A stretch of 63,974 nucleotides of DNA, filler included, from Octopus bimaculoides (lineage: Eukaryota): the NCBI RefSeq assembly GCF_001194135.2. It is 6 parts of 6 records of this genome, joined end to end, with 100 filler letters (N's around TTAATTAATTAA, not from the genome) between each part and the next. Parts side by side here need not be neighbours in the genome. Positions count along the whole stretch, not along the records: positions 37,208 to 59,424 come from NC_068986.1; positions 59,525 to 61,590 come from NC_068982.1; positions 61,691 to 62,812 come from NC_069006.1; 3 more parts are not named here. One strand, written 5' to 3'. Made by a program: the position numbers and the translations under genes. Shown one piece after another: positions 51,699 through 62,912 of the stretch (positions within the stretch are counted from its first letter, which is position 1; each line of letters opens with the position of its first letter). The notes under the pieces are model-generated. The model did not search any database and was not told the origin of the DNA. It saw only the letters and a program-made list of their open reading frames with translations.

Positions 51699-52061
51699 TG
51701 TATGTATCTATGTATGTATGTATGTATGTATGTATCTATGTATGTATGTATGTATGTATATATATGTACTATTGAACCTTGGGCGGGGCATTATGCCGAT
51801 AACAATAAACACACGGACTGGTTCAGTTCTTTATTGTTATTGTTCAGTATTGTTCATGTTGTTATTATATTTTTTTGTCAATTATTCCATTTCTTTTGAG
51901 CTCATGTTCCAGCGTTGGCACTTGTCCAAGATCTGTCCGAGATGAGTATGTGAGTGTGTATATGTGTGTATGTGTGTGTGTGTGTATTTATACGTGTGTG
52001 CATCTGTATGTATGTGTATGTGATTACAATACTGACTTATGTCATTTTTATATACATATTG

Positions 52062-52230
52062 GTGCAGGAGTGGCTGTGTGGTAAGTAGCTTGCTAACCAA
52101 CCACATGGTACCGGGTTCAGAACTACTGTGTGACACCTTGGGCGAGTGTCTTCTAGTATATCCTCGGGCCGACAAAAGCCTTGTGAGTGGATTTGGTAGA
52201 TGGAAACTGAAAGAAGCCAGTGGTATATAT
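52062..52230 (+). mobile_element. SINE family A head
   Basis: GCAGGAGTGGCTGTGTGGTAAGTAGCTTGCTAACCAACC...GGAAACTGAAAGAAGCC then (TA)n and a gap. Confidence 0.9.
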
Positions 52231-53086
52231 ATATANNNNNNNNNNNNNNNNNNNNNNNNNNNNNNNNNNNNNNNNNNNNNNNNNNNNNNNNNNNNNNNNN
52301 NNNNNNNNNNNNNNNNNNNNNNNNNNNNNNNNNNNNNNNNNNNNNNNNNNNNNNNNNNNNNNNNNNNNNNNNNNNNNNNNNNNNNNNNNNNNNNNNNNNN
52401 NNNNNNNNNNNNNNNNNNNNNNNNNNNNNNNNNNNNNNNNNNNNNNNNNNNNNNNNNNNNNNNNNNNNNNNNNNNNNNNNNNNNNNNNNNNNNNNNNNNN
52501 NNNNNNNNNNNNNNNNNNNNNNNNNNNNNNNNNNNNNNNNNNNNNNNNNNNNNNNNNNNNNNNNNNNNNNNNNNNNNNNNNNNNNNNNNNNNNNNNNNNN
52601 NNNNNNNNNNNNNNNNNNNNNNNNNNNNNNNNNNNNNNNNNNNNNNNNNNNNNNNNNNNNNNNNNNNNNNNNNNNNNNNNNNNNNNNNNNNNNNNNNNNN
52701 NNNNNNNNNNNNNNNNNNNNNNNNNNNNNNNNNNNNNNNNNNNNNNNNNNNNNNNNNNNNNNNNNNNNNNNNNNNNNNNNNNNNNNNNNNNNNNNNNNNN
52801 NNNNNNNNNNNNNNNNNNNNNNNNNNNNNNNNNNNNNNNNNNNNNNNNNNNNNNNNNNNNNNNNNNNNNNNNNNNNNNNNNNNNNNNNNNNNNNNNNNNN
52901 NNNNNNNNNNNNNNNNNNNNNNNNNNNNNNNNNNNNNNNNNNNNNNNNNNNNNNNNNNNNNNNNNNNNNNNNNNNNNNNNNNNNNNNNNNNNNNNNNNNN
53001 NNNNNNNNNNNNNNNNNNNNNNNNNNNNNNNNNNNNNNNNNNNNNNNNNNNNNNNNNNNNNNNNNNNNNTATATATATATATATAT

Positions 53087-53400
53087 ATTAACTGTAGAAC
53101 TAGAAATGTAGTCTACTGCATAAGGTGCATAGAGAGTGTTTGTAATGACAAGAATATGATATATCTAGGTGAGACATCTTGAAGCATTACGGAGAGACTA
53201 AATGACCACTTGAGACAATACGACGACAAAAAAACAGTCCTCCATAATATATCAACATGACAAAGACTAGCATGGAGGCATACTGGGTCAACTTAATCCG
53301 CATTTTATCCAAGTACCTGGCGGACCCAACACTCAGGAAAATACAGGAGTACGTCTTCATAAATGAATCATCCGCATTACTAAATAGGAAATATACGTAG
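53087..53400 (+). mobile_element. Penelope-like element GIY-YIG endonuclease remnant
   Basis: INCRTRNVVYCIRCIESVCNDKNMIYLGETS*SITERLNDH...KYLADPTLRKIQEYVFI...LLNR: VVY/IYLGET, the CxxC insert and ERL.EH are typical of PLE GIY-YIG; one stop and frameshifts. Confidence 0.85.
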
Positions 53401-53481
53401 AAGATAGTCATACCATACCGCAACACCCACAGTTTATATATACAAATGTAGAGTTGCTAGTAGACTGTTATATAGACGTAA

Positions 53482-53530
<49 letters not shown>

Positions 53531-53657
53531 CGTGTAAGTAAACAGATAGACAAATAGATAGATAGGTACATAGGTAATACGGACAGACAAGCACACACAC
53601 ATACATGCATTTACAGGTAAAGGTTGAAACATGTGGCCATATACACACACGATACAC

Positions 53658-53704
<47 letters not shown>

Positions 53705-53714
53705 NNNNNNNNNN

Positions 53715-53762
<48 letters not shown>

Positions 53763-53978
53763 AGGAGATACATGTCCATATATAACAGACACACATACAT
53801 AGTCACACAAACCCATACGCATAGACACACCCAAACATGCACACACAGAGACAGAGGTATACAGACAAATACACACACATACACACATACAAACATACAC
53901 ACACATACACACAAACATGAACACATAACCACATGAATATACAGAATACATACGTACGAATGTACATACACGCATACA

Positions 53979-54027
<49 letters not shown>

Positions 54028-54652
54028 NNNNNNNNNNNNNNNNNNNNNNNNNNNNNNNNNNNNNNNNNNNNNNNNNNNNNNNNNNNNNNNNNNNNNNNNN
54101 NNNNNNNNNNNNNNNNNNNNNNNNNNNNNNNNNNNNNNNNNNNNNNNNNNNNNNNNNNNNNNNNNNNNNNNNNNNNNNNNNNNNNNNNNNNNNNNNNNNN
54201 NNNNNNNNNNNNNNNNNNNNNNNNNNNNNNNNNNNNNNNNNNNNNNNNNNNNNNNNNNNNNNNNNNNNNNNNNNNNNNNNNNNNNNNNNNNNNNNNNNNN
54301 NNNNNNNNNNNNNNNNNNNNNNNNNNNNNNNNNNNNNNNNNNNNNNNNNNNNNNNNNNNNNNNNNNNNNNNNNNNNNNNNNNNNNNNNNNNNNNNNNNNN
54401 NNNNNNNNNNNNNNNNNNNNNNNNNNNNNNNNNNNNNNNNNNNNNNNNNNNNNNNNNNNNNNNNNNNNNNNNNNNNNNNNNNNNNNNNNNNNNNNNNNNN
54501 NNNNNNNNNNNNNNNNNNNNNNNNNNNNNNNNNNNNNNNNNNNNNNNNNNNNNNNNNNNNNNNNNNNNNNNNNNNNNNNNNNNNNNNNNNNNNNNNNNNN
54601 NNNNNNNNNNNNNNNNNNNNNNNNNNNNNNNNNNNNNNNNNNNNNNNNNNNN

Positions 54653-54683
<31 letters not shown>

Positions 54684-54693
54684 CACGCACACG

Positions 54694-54731
<38 letters not shown>

Positions 54732-55188
54732 GACATATATATATATGTATATATATATAAAATAAAATAATACACATCTATACCAGTAATTTTAAATAAC
54801 ATCTTTATCATACGATTTTAAATAGCATCTCCCTCATTCGATTGACTACACGGAAATTCATCTTTTTTATGACGAGTGAATGTATTACCTAATTTTGATT
54901 ATCAATTTTGGATTTCAATTCGAAGGGTAATACATTCATGAAACGATCGTAAGATATCTCAATCCTTTTTAAATAATCATACTTTATATATTTATTTATT
55001 AATACAATATTATCTTTTTAATATGGACGTACATCTGTGATTTTTTATGCAATTTTTCCTGCTTTTACTTTATAATATATAATCGCTCTAATTGAATCTC
55101 TAAATACATCTAATATTTTAGATATTTTTCATACCAGGAGCACTCATCTGAAATCCAGTACACTTTATTCCCATTGAATGTATTTGAT

Positions 55189-55228
<40 letters not shown>

Positions 55229-55230
55229 TA

Positions 55231-56200
55231 TAATTTGAGTGGAGGCAATACGAGCGGAAAACAAGAGGGACATGACCTATTATCCAGCAGAATATTCAAT
55301 ATATATGCACACTTACTTCGACATTAATAAAGCGGCATAAAGCACAACACAATAGAAGTATTAATAAGATACAATCATATAGACATATATATATTTTTAT
55401 AAGCCCGCAAATATCTAAAAATATTTTAAAACATTTATAAATACATAGGTATTTCTAAAAATATAGGAATAAAATATGTACAAAATATACACATACACGA
55501 ATTCGTTGGAACGTGATTATGTGAGTTGTCCTGTCTTCATGATGTCTTTCGTGTCGTGGAGCATCCTGATGAGGGGAGTGTCTGGTTCTTTTAAAATATG
55601 AAATTCTTGTCATATTAACTGACGTGTCTCTGAAACGGTCCGTCGATGAAACTTTTGGATCCATTGAACATTGTCTCTAATCTTAGTATGTCTGTTTAAG
55701 GTTGTAAAATGTCTGACTTTCTACTTTCCACACGCTTTGTGTTCTAACTTGAAATTTTTAGTCCTTATATCATATCCTATGAACTTATAATTTACTATAT
55801 CCTATTTCATATCGACGTCTTCTATTTTAAAATGCCTATGTATTTATAAATGTGTTTATATATTTTTAGATATCTAAGTGTTTTTAAATATTCTAAGTGC
55901 TTGTATTCTGGCCTCTAAATTTTTATTCCTCTATAGTATATCGTGTGAACTTATAATTCACTATGTTTTATATAATATTGACGTTTTTATATCTTATTAT
56001 GTGTATATTTTGTACATTAAATATTTGCGGGCTTATACAAATATGTATATGTCTATATGACTGTATCTTATTTATACTTCTATTATGTTGAGCTTTATGC
56101 CGCTTTATTAATGTTGAAGTGTGCATATATATTGAATATTCTGCTGGATAACAGGTCATGTCCCTCTAGTTTTCCGCTCGTATTGCCTCTACTCAAATTA
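55231..56200. mobile_element. ~970-bp foldback element with ~180-bp inverted arms, TA at both ends, internal hammerhead ribozyme
   Basis: 55231-55414 pairs with 56021-56200 at roughly 90% identity; TA at 55229-55230 and 56201-56202. Confidence 0.8.
55562..55648 (+). ncRNA. Type I minimal hammerhead ribozyme motif with intact catalytic core
   Basis: Stem I CATC/GATG, core CTGATGA (55566-55572), stem II GGGGA/TCTCT, GAAA (55632-55635), quasi-palindromic stem III ACGG-T-CCGT, cleavage triplet GTC (55642-55644). Confidence 0.7.
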
Positions 56201-57191
56201 TAAATTGGAAAAATACTAGAACGTTAAATTACAAAAAAATACTAGAACGTTAAATTACTAAAAAGCTAGAAAAAGCAGCCAAATTTCCTCCCAAAGAACA
56301 CCCCTAGCGTCACAAAATGAGGAAAGATATACTAGATTATGGTAATCCTAGGTAACTCGAAAACTGTGGGGAATTCAGCATTTGAATGCTCCTTTTGATC
56401 ATAGGTCTGCTCGATCAACTGTATACTCCTTGGTTTTCAATATTTCCACCTCATACGGAAGGGTAAGCAAAACTACACAACAGCTTGGCTTGTTACTATG
56501 GAAACAGGTACCAATATGTCTGTGGCTTTCGACTGGCTAAAATTACCCAAAATTTGCAAAACTTATAAAGCCATTTCCATAATTAGCATACAAAACTACA
56601 TCAGTACACCAAGTTTGAAATCAGTTGCAACAAAATTGAAGAAAGCCAAACAAAAGCCATTCCTACACATACAGACACGAATGCATTTCAAGGCATTATA
56701 GACTGTTTTGAGAGCAACACCAACCCTTGAAGCAACGTTTTTGGTGCTATGTCCTGCTTTTTATAGAGTTTCAATCTTGTTAGCTGCCACATTAAATCGT
56801 TTACTTGCCGAATGTAAACAAACAAAGGAGAGTATTTGAACAATTGAATGTCGAAGACATATTTTAATTATTTTTGTGCAATTTCAAACTAAATTTAATA
56901 CAATAAACTTATCTAAATAATCGGGAATACTTTACGGCGCACCCTATATATATATATATATANNNNNNNNNNNNNNNNNNNNNNNNNNNNNNNNNNNNNN
57001 NNNNNNNNNNNNNNNNNNNNNNNNNNNNNNNNNNNNNNNNNNNNNNNNNNNNNNNNNNNNNNNNNNNNNNNNNNNNNNNNNNNNNNNNNNNNNNNNNNNN
57101 NNNNNNNNNNNNNNNNNNNNNNNNNNNNNNNNNNNNNNNNNTATATACATACATATATATATGTATATATATATATATATACGTGTATATG

Positions 57192-57240
<49 letters not shown>

Positions 57241-57464
57241 GTATGTATGAATATTTATATGTGTATGTGTATGTGTGTGTGTATCTGTGTGGAGAGAGGG
57301 AGAGAAATAGATAGATAATCTACATATATACATATATTTGTCCGTACGTACGTACATACAAACATACATACATGCGAATGTATGTGGTGTTGTGGTTAGA
57401 GAGTTTATAAGGAATAACAATGTTACTATCTCGCCTTTTCATTCTTATTTTATTACTCATAGTA

Positions 57465-57675
57465 AAGCGTTGAGCCGTCTGAATCATTAGCACATCTCGA
57501 CAATGAACTTAGCTGTATTTTGTCCGTGTTTACTTAATTCCGCTGTAGTGAACTTTGCCTGTTATTCTTTCGGGATTGATAACATACGTACCAGTTGAGT
57601 ATTGTGGTCAAAATAATGGACTAGCGCCTTCCGCAAAATTTCAGGCTTTGTTTCTAAAATAGAAAGACTTATGAT
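57465..57675 (+). mobile_element. Family B SINE (diverged)
   Basis: GAGCCGTCTGAATCATTAGCAC...ACTTTGCCTGTTATTCTTTCGGG...AAATTTCAGGCTTTGT. Confidence 0.65.
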
Positions 57676-58060
57676 TATTATAATTACTCAGAATAATAAT
57701 ACGTGACATTTGTATAGCAGCTAATTCAATGTAGCTGTAATATCCTGTTTCAGCTGGAATTATGTTAAACAAAATCATTGTTATAAATTCACACATAGTA
57801 ACGGTCACCATCAGTCTATTTAAATACACCTCCATATTCTGAGTCTTGACATGCAAATATGTAACAAACATAGATGTGGTTTATTCTCAAACAACAGAAT
57901 AGAAAATGCTGGTCCATGAAAATAGTAAATTATGGACATGTAGGCACACAGATACACATACTCATACACACGCACACGTACTCATACGCACATATGCATA
58001 TATACATAAATACATACATCTATGCATGTGTGGGTGTGTATGTGTGTGCATGTGTGTGTG

Positions 58061-58091
<31 letters not shown>

Positions 58092-58259
58092 CTGTGTGTG
58101 TCTGTGTGCCCCGGGGCATTAACTGATGAGTGTTCAATAATGCTTACAACACTAACGTTGCTTCTGGTACATATATATATATATATACACACACACATAT
58201 ATATATGCATATATATATATATACATATATACATATATATGTATATATATATGTATATA

Positions 58260-58291
<32 letters not shown>

Positions 58292-58834
58292 NNNNNNNNN
58301 NNNNNNNNNNNNNNNNNNNNNNNNNNNNNNNNNNNNNNNNNNNNNNNNNNNNNNNNNNNNNNNNNNNNNNNNNNNNNNNNNNNNNNNNNNNNNNNNNNNN
58401 NNNNNNNNNNNNNNNNNNNNNNNNNNNNNNNNNNNNNNNNNNNNNNNNNNNNNNNNNNNNNNNNNNNNNNNNNNNNNNNNNNNNNNNNNNNNNNNNNNNN
58501 NNNNNNNNNNNNNNNNNNNNNNNNNNNNNNNNNNNNNNNNNNNNNNNNNNNNNNNNNNNNNNNNNNNNNNNNNNNNNNNNNNNNNNNNNNNNNNNNNNNN
58601 NNNNNNNNNNNNNNNNNNNNNNNNNNNNNNNNNNNNNNNNNNNNNNNNNNNNNNNNNNNNNNNNNNNNTATATATATATATTTATAGCCCTTACCGTTTG
58701 TTCTCACTGTTCTGTCTTGTTTTTACTGTCTTGTTCTCACTGTCCTGTTCTTGTTTACACTTTCACCCTCTGCAAAAATTTCCAAATTTTAATTAATTTG
58801 CCTGCGGGAAGGACTGTTCCAACGAAGTCGTGTA

Positions 58835-59115
58835 TTGTCCTTGCCTTCGAAACGTGGAGTAAATGGAGCAGGGACAACTGAAGAAGGGTAATATTCTTTA
58901 TGATGCATGACTCGTTTCTCTGTTTGTTTGTTTTCGTTGTTCGAAAACAAAAAATCCTTTTCTGTCTTCGTCTTTATGTTTCCGTTTCTCATAGTGTTTA
59001 ACGTTTTTTGTGATGTCCTGTACCCACATATGCTTGTATGTATACATATAGATGTTGGTATGTACATATACGTATGGATATATGCATATAATTATATATT
59101 ATTTATGTTATTATG
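58835..59115 (+). repeat. Dispersed repeat family P
   Basis: Reverse-complement match to 31390-31660. Confidence 0.8.
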
Positions 59116-59334
59116 TATGTATATACATATATTATTCAAAGAAATTCCAACTTTGATTTTCACGTTTTATTTTAAAAACATATCATTGAATTTTTCCACA
59201 ATTTTATTGTTTCTCTTGTTTTACTCTAAGTTGAAGAGGTCGGAAAAACTGAAACTGGTTCTAAGTGTTCTTCATGATAAAATTCTTCTTCGTCATCATC
59301 ATCACCATCATCATCATCTCTCACTTCTTTTTTT

Positions 59335-59424
59335 CTTCTCCTTCTTCTTCTTCTTCTTCTTCTTCTTCTTCTTCTTCTTCTTCTTCTTCTTCTTCTTCTT
59401 CTTCTTCTTTTTCTTCTTCTTCTT
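59335..59424. repeat. (CTT)n microsatellite
   Basis: Direct reading. Confidence 0.95.
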
Positions 59425-59524
59425 NNNNNNNNNNNNNNNNNNNNNNNNNNNNNNNNNNNNNNNNNNNNTTAATTAATTAANNNNNNNNNNNNNNNNNNNN
59501 NNNNNNNNNNNNNNNNNNNNNNNN
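59425..59524. other. Artificial scaffold join
   Basis: 44 N + TTAATTAATTAA (59469-59480) + 44 N. Confidence 0.95.
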
Positions 59525-60597
59525 ATGAAGAGGAAAAACGGAGGGAAAATAATACACACACACACACACAGACACACAAAGACACACACACATATACACA
59601 TACACACACACGTACACTCACCCATACGCACACACATATATGATACGTAACCAGACGTCGGGACCTGCCCAGTGATTGTTAGGAAGAATGGATTGGAATA
59701 AAAGGTAAAAGAAATTGAAAAACAGAAGCAAAATTAAGATAAAAGAAACTGTAATATAAAACTATAATGGTAGATGCATAATAGATGCGAGTTAACGTTA
59801 AGAGTTAAGTTCCTTGAGAAAAGTAATACAGGAAACATAAGGAAACAAAATGTATGCATAATGTGTGTATAAATGATAAAGTAAAGATGGTTATCAATGA
59901 AACGTAAGTAAAACTAATTCTGCAAATAAAAATACGCTGGATATAGGTTATGTCTGCTTTATTACCAGTTAACTCAGTAGTTCGTTAATTAATCAATTAA
60001 TTGGTTTATCACACTTTTTGTATTCTTTCCACCAATGACTACCGATATGAAAGAATTGAACAGAACAGTAAGATAACATACAACCACAACTAATCGGTTG
60101 CATGGCCAGACAGGCTAACAGTGAATATGCGTTGATGAGAAAAAAAAGCAAATGGCGACTGTTGTACAACTCGGTATACCAGCCTCTTGACAAAACAGCA
60201 AAATGGTTCACATACTAGTTGAACCGTTGCCGGGACCCTAACAGGTACTACTAATCCGAGTCAGAGTAGACCTGGGAGCAATAGGGGCTAAGAGGTGGTT
60301 CCACATACATATAGATACACACACACGTATACATATATATACATGCACATGTGATACATATGTGTGTGTCTGGGAGATATATTATGGTAGTGGAATATTA
60401 TTTAACTGCTATTTTTAAATTTCGGTATGTGGTGAAGCAATTTTGCTGAACCCTAATTATAATTATGCTTATAATTATAGAATTTTTGTATAAGCTTACA
60501 TCTTTTAACATACCGAACTACTTGGTAAAATTATTTATTATTAATTATTAGTTTTACTCTATATCAGTATATATATATATATGTATATATACATACA

Positions 60598-60740
60598 TAC
60601 GACGGGTTTCTTTCAGTTTCCGTCCACCAAATCCACTCACAAGGCTTTGGTCAGCCCGAGGCTATAGTAGAAGACACTTGCACAAGGTGCCACGCATGTG
60701 GTTGGTAAGCAAGCTACTTGTCACACAGTCACTCCTGCGC
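60598..60740 (-). mobile_element. SINE family A head with an internal deletion
   Basis: ACGACGGGTTTCTTTCAGTTTCCGTCC...GGTGCCACGCA/TGTGGTTGGTAAGC lacks the B-box segment. Confidence 0.85.
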
Positions 60741-60770
60741 TTTATTTTCATATAAACAATATGTATATAA

Positions 60771-61137
60771 AATATTGAACACACGTACACAAGGTATGTG
60801 TTTTGCTAGTTCGTGGGTAGGCTGCGCTTATATGCGTAAGATAATATATTCTTATTAATGTTCCTAGTGTTAAAACATCTGGAAGTCATAGACAAGCGAG
60901 AAAACTCGCATCAGGTCCCATTAAGGAGCGATAGACAACGATGAGTTGTCATTTTTGTGACTTGTCAGTCCTGCGTACTCGAACGTACAGAACTTGACGC
61001 AAGTTAACTCGCTTATCTATGACTCTCAGGTGTTTTAACACGAGGCGCATTGATGAGAATATATTCTTTTGTGCCTACAATCGCAACCTACCCATGAGCT
61101 AGCAAAATACATACCTTGTGTATGTGTGTTCGATATT
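60771..61137. mobile_element. 367-bp palindromic element with 130-bp arms in exact register
   Basis: 60771-60900 vs 61008-61137: 108/130 identical, no indels; pairing continues about 18 bp inward. Confidence 0.85.
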
Positions 61138-61314
61138 GCTTATATCCTACGAGCAGCTTCTATATAAATATAAATTCAGATTCAATGGGGTATATAAATA
61201 CCACTTGCTATAAACAGACCCATCGCTCCAAAACCACCAATTACTCACTATTAAGATACACACGGTCAATGCAATAAACATAACAGAAACAGGCTTACCT
61301 TGCGTGGAATACAA

Positions 61315-61390
<76 letters not shown>

Positions 61391-61481
61391 GTGTGACAAC
61401 AAAAGAATGAGACCTCGATATTAGATAAATAGAAGATTATTTATATATGTTATAATTTAGAACAAACAGTAATAGCCATTA

Positions 61482-61540
61482 ATAGCCGACGAGAATGCAT
61501 CGTAGCTCTTCGCTCCGACATTCGAAACTCCGAGTACTAT
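61482..61540 (+). ncRNA. Type I minimal hammerhead ribozyme motif, U4C core variant
   Basis: Stem I ATAG/CTAT, core CCGACGA, stem II GAATG/CATTC, GAAA, stem III ACTC-C-GAGT, cleavage triplet GTA. Confidence 0.6.
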
Positions 61541-61590
61541 AATGACAACTTACTGTTTGTTCTAAATTTTATATATATATATATATATAT

Positions 61591-61690
61591 NNNNNNNNNN
61601 NNNNNNNNNNNNNNNNNNNNNNNNNNNNNNNNNNTTAATTAATTAANNNNNNNNNNNNNNNNNNNNNNNNNNNNNNNNNNNNNNNNNNNN
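61591..61690. other. Artificial scaffold join
   Basis: 44 N + TTAATTAATTAA (61635-61646) + 44 N. Confidence 0.95.
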
Positions 61691-61714
61691 TATATATATA
61701 TATATATATAATAA

Positions 61715-61912
61715 TACAAAGAATATATATACATGTATACACACATATATGTACATACTTACATCTACATGTGTATATATATGCATATCAGGGTACAGGA
61801 CGTTAGAACAATGAACTACAGACAACGGAACGAACACATAGGAAACCGGAAAGCCACTTGGAATATTCCTTCATCAGCTGTCTCTATTCTAACCTGACGT
61901 TTCGACATTCTT
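61715..61912 (-). repeat. Dispersed repeat family P (diverged)
   Basis: CATATCAGGGTACAGGAC...CCTTCATCAGCTGTC...GACGTTTCGAC parallels 31440-31660. Confidence 0.6.
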
Positions 61913-62514
61913 TTATTCTTTTGTTTCAGATCTAAGGTTATGACCATGCTCACACGCATACACATGCATATATGTGTATGTGTGTGTCTGATGTATATCA
62001 CATTCATGCTTATACATGCAGAAAGAGAGTATCACAAAGACAACACGTGTATTGTGTTGCAAACATCCTTTCCCTGGCATCAATATCTAGAAAAGTCACA
62101 GAGTACGCATGGAAAGAAATGAAACCAGAGACACGCTACACAATTGTTTTAATTACGTCAGCTTAACGTAATTAAGGTTTTTGTGAGAAAGCATCCTGCT
62201 TCATTTCATACATATATATCATCATCATTATCACCACCATCATCATCATCATCATCATCTAGTGTTTGTTTTCTATGCTGGCATGGCTTGGATGCGTTGA
62301 TCAGAGCTGGTAAGGCCAGGGAGGGACTGCCCTACATTCCACTCTGTATTCTGGCAAGGGTTTCATGGTTGGATGCCCTTCCAAATGCTAAACCCTTCAC
62401 AAAGTGCACCGAGTGACTGTTTTTGTGATACTAGCACCAACATATATGCTTGTGAATTTATATGAATATGTATATATGACTATATGAATATATATGTATA
62501 TACATACATATATA

Positions 62515-62548
<34 letters not shown>

Positions 62549-62812
62549 GCAAGAGAGTTAGGGGTTGAGGATTCAACCCACTAAAGGATAGTATCTATCC
62601 AATATACTGCTGGGAGGGTACCCAATTATTATTACACTAGTGTTATACCAAGTGTAATAACTGGGAGCCGGTAAGGGGGGGGGGCTGTTTTACCCTAAAT
62701 TTATATATCAATTAGAAAATGGAGGATAATATGCTGTACCCAATGACTTGCAGACAGTGTATCCTGTTGAATTCATTAACTTAATTTGTAACTAAAGTGA
62801 CAAAAAACCACA

Positions 62813-62912
62813 NNNNNNNNNNNNNNNNNNNNNNNNNNNNNNNNNNNNNNNNNNNNTTAATTAATTAANNNNNNNNNNNNNNNNNNNNNNNNNNNNNNNN
62901 NNNNNNNNNNNN
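62813..62912. other. Artificial scaffold join
   Basis: 44 N + TTAATTAATTAA (62857-62868) + 44 N. Confidence 0.95.

Noticed and set aside
56209-56258. 26-bp tandem duplication AAAAATACTAGAACGTTAAATTAC
   Set aside because: Ordinary slippage duplication; two copies without spacers.
44975-61305. Strong minus-strand donors (AAG|GTAAGA near 44985, AAG|GTAAGC near 61297) as Meox exon 1 ends
   Set aside because: Upstream sequence is poly-T or (TTA)n with no open Meox-like frame.
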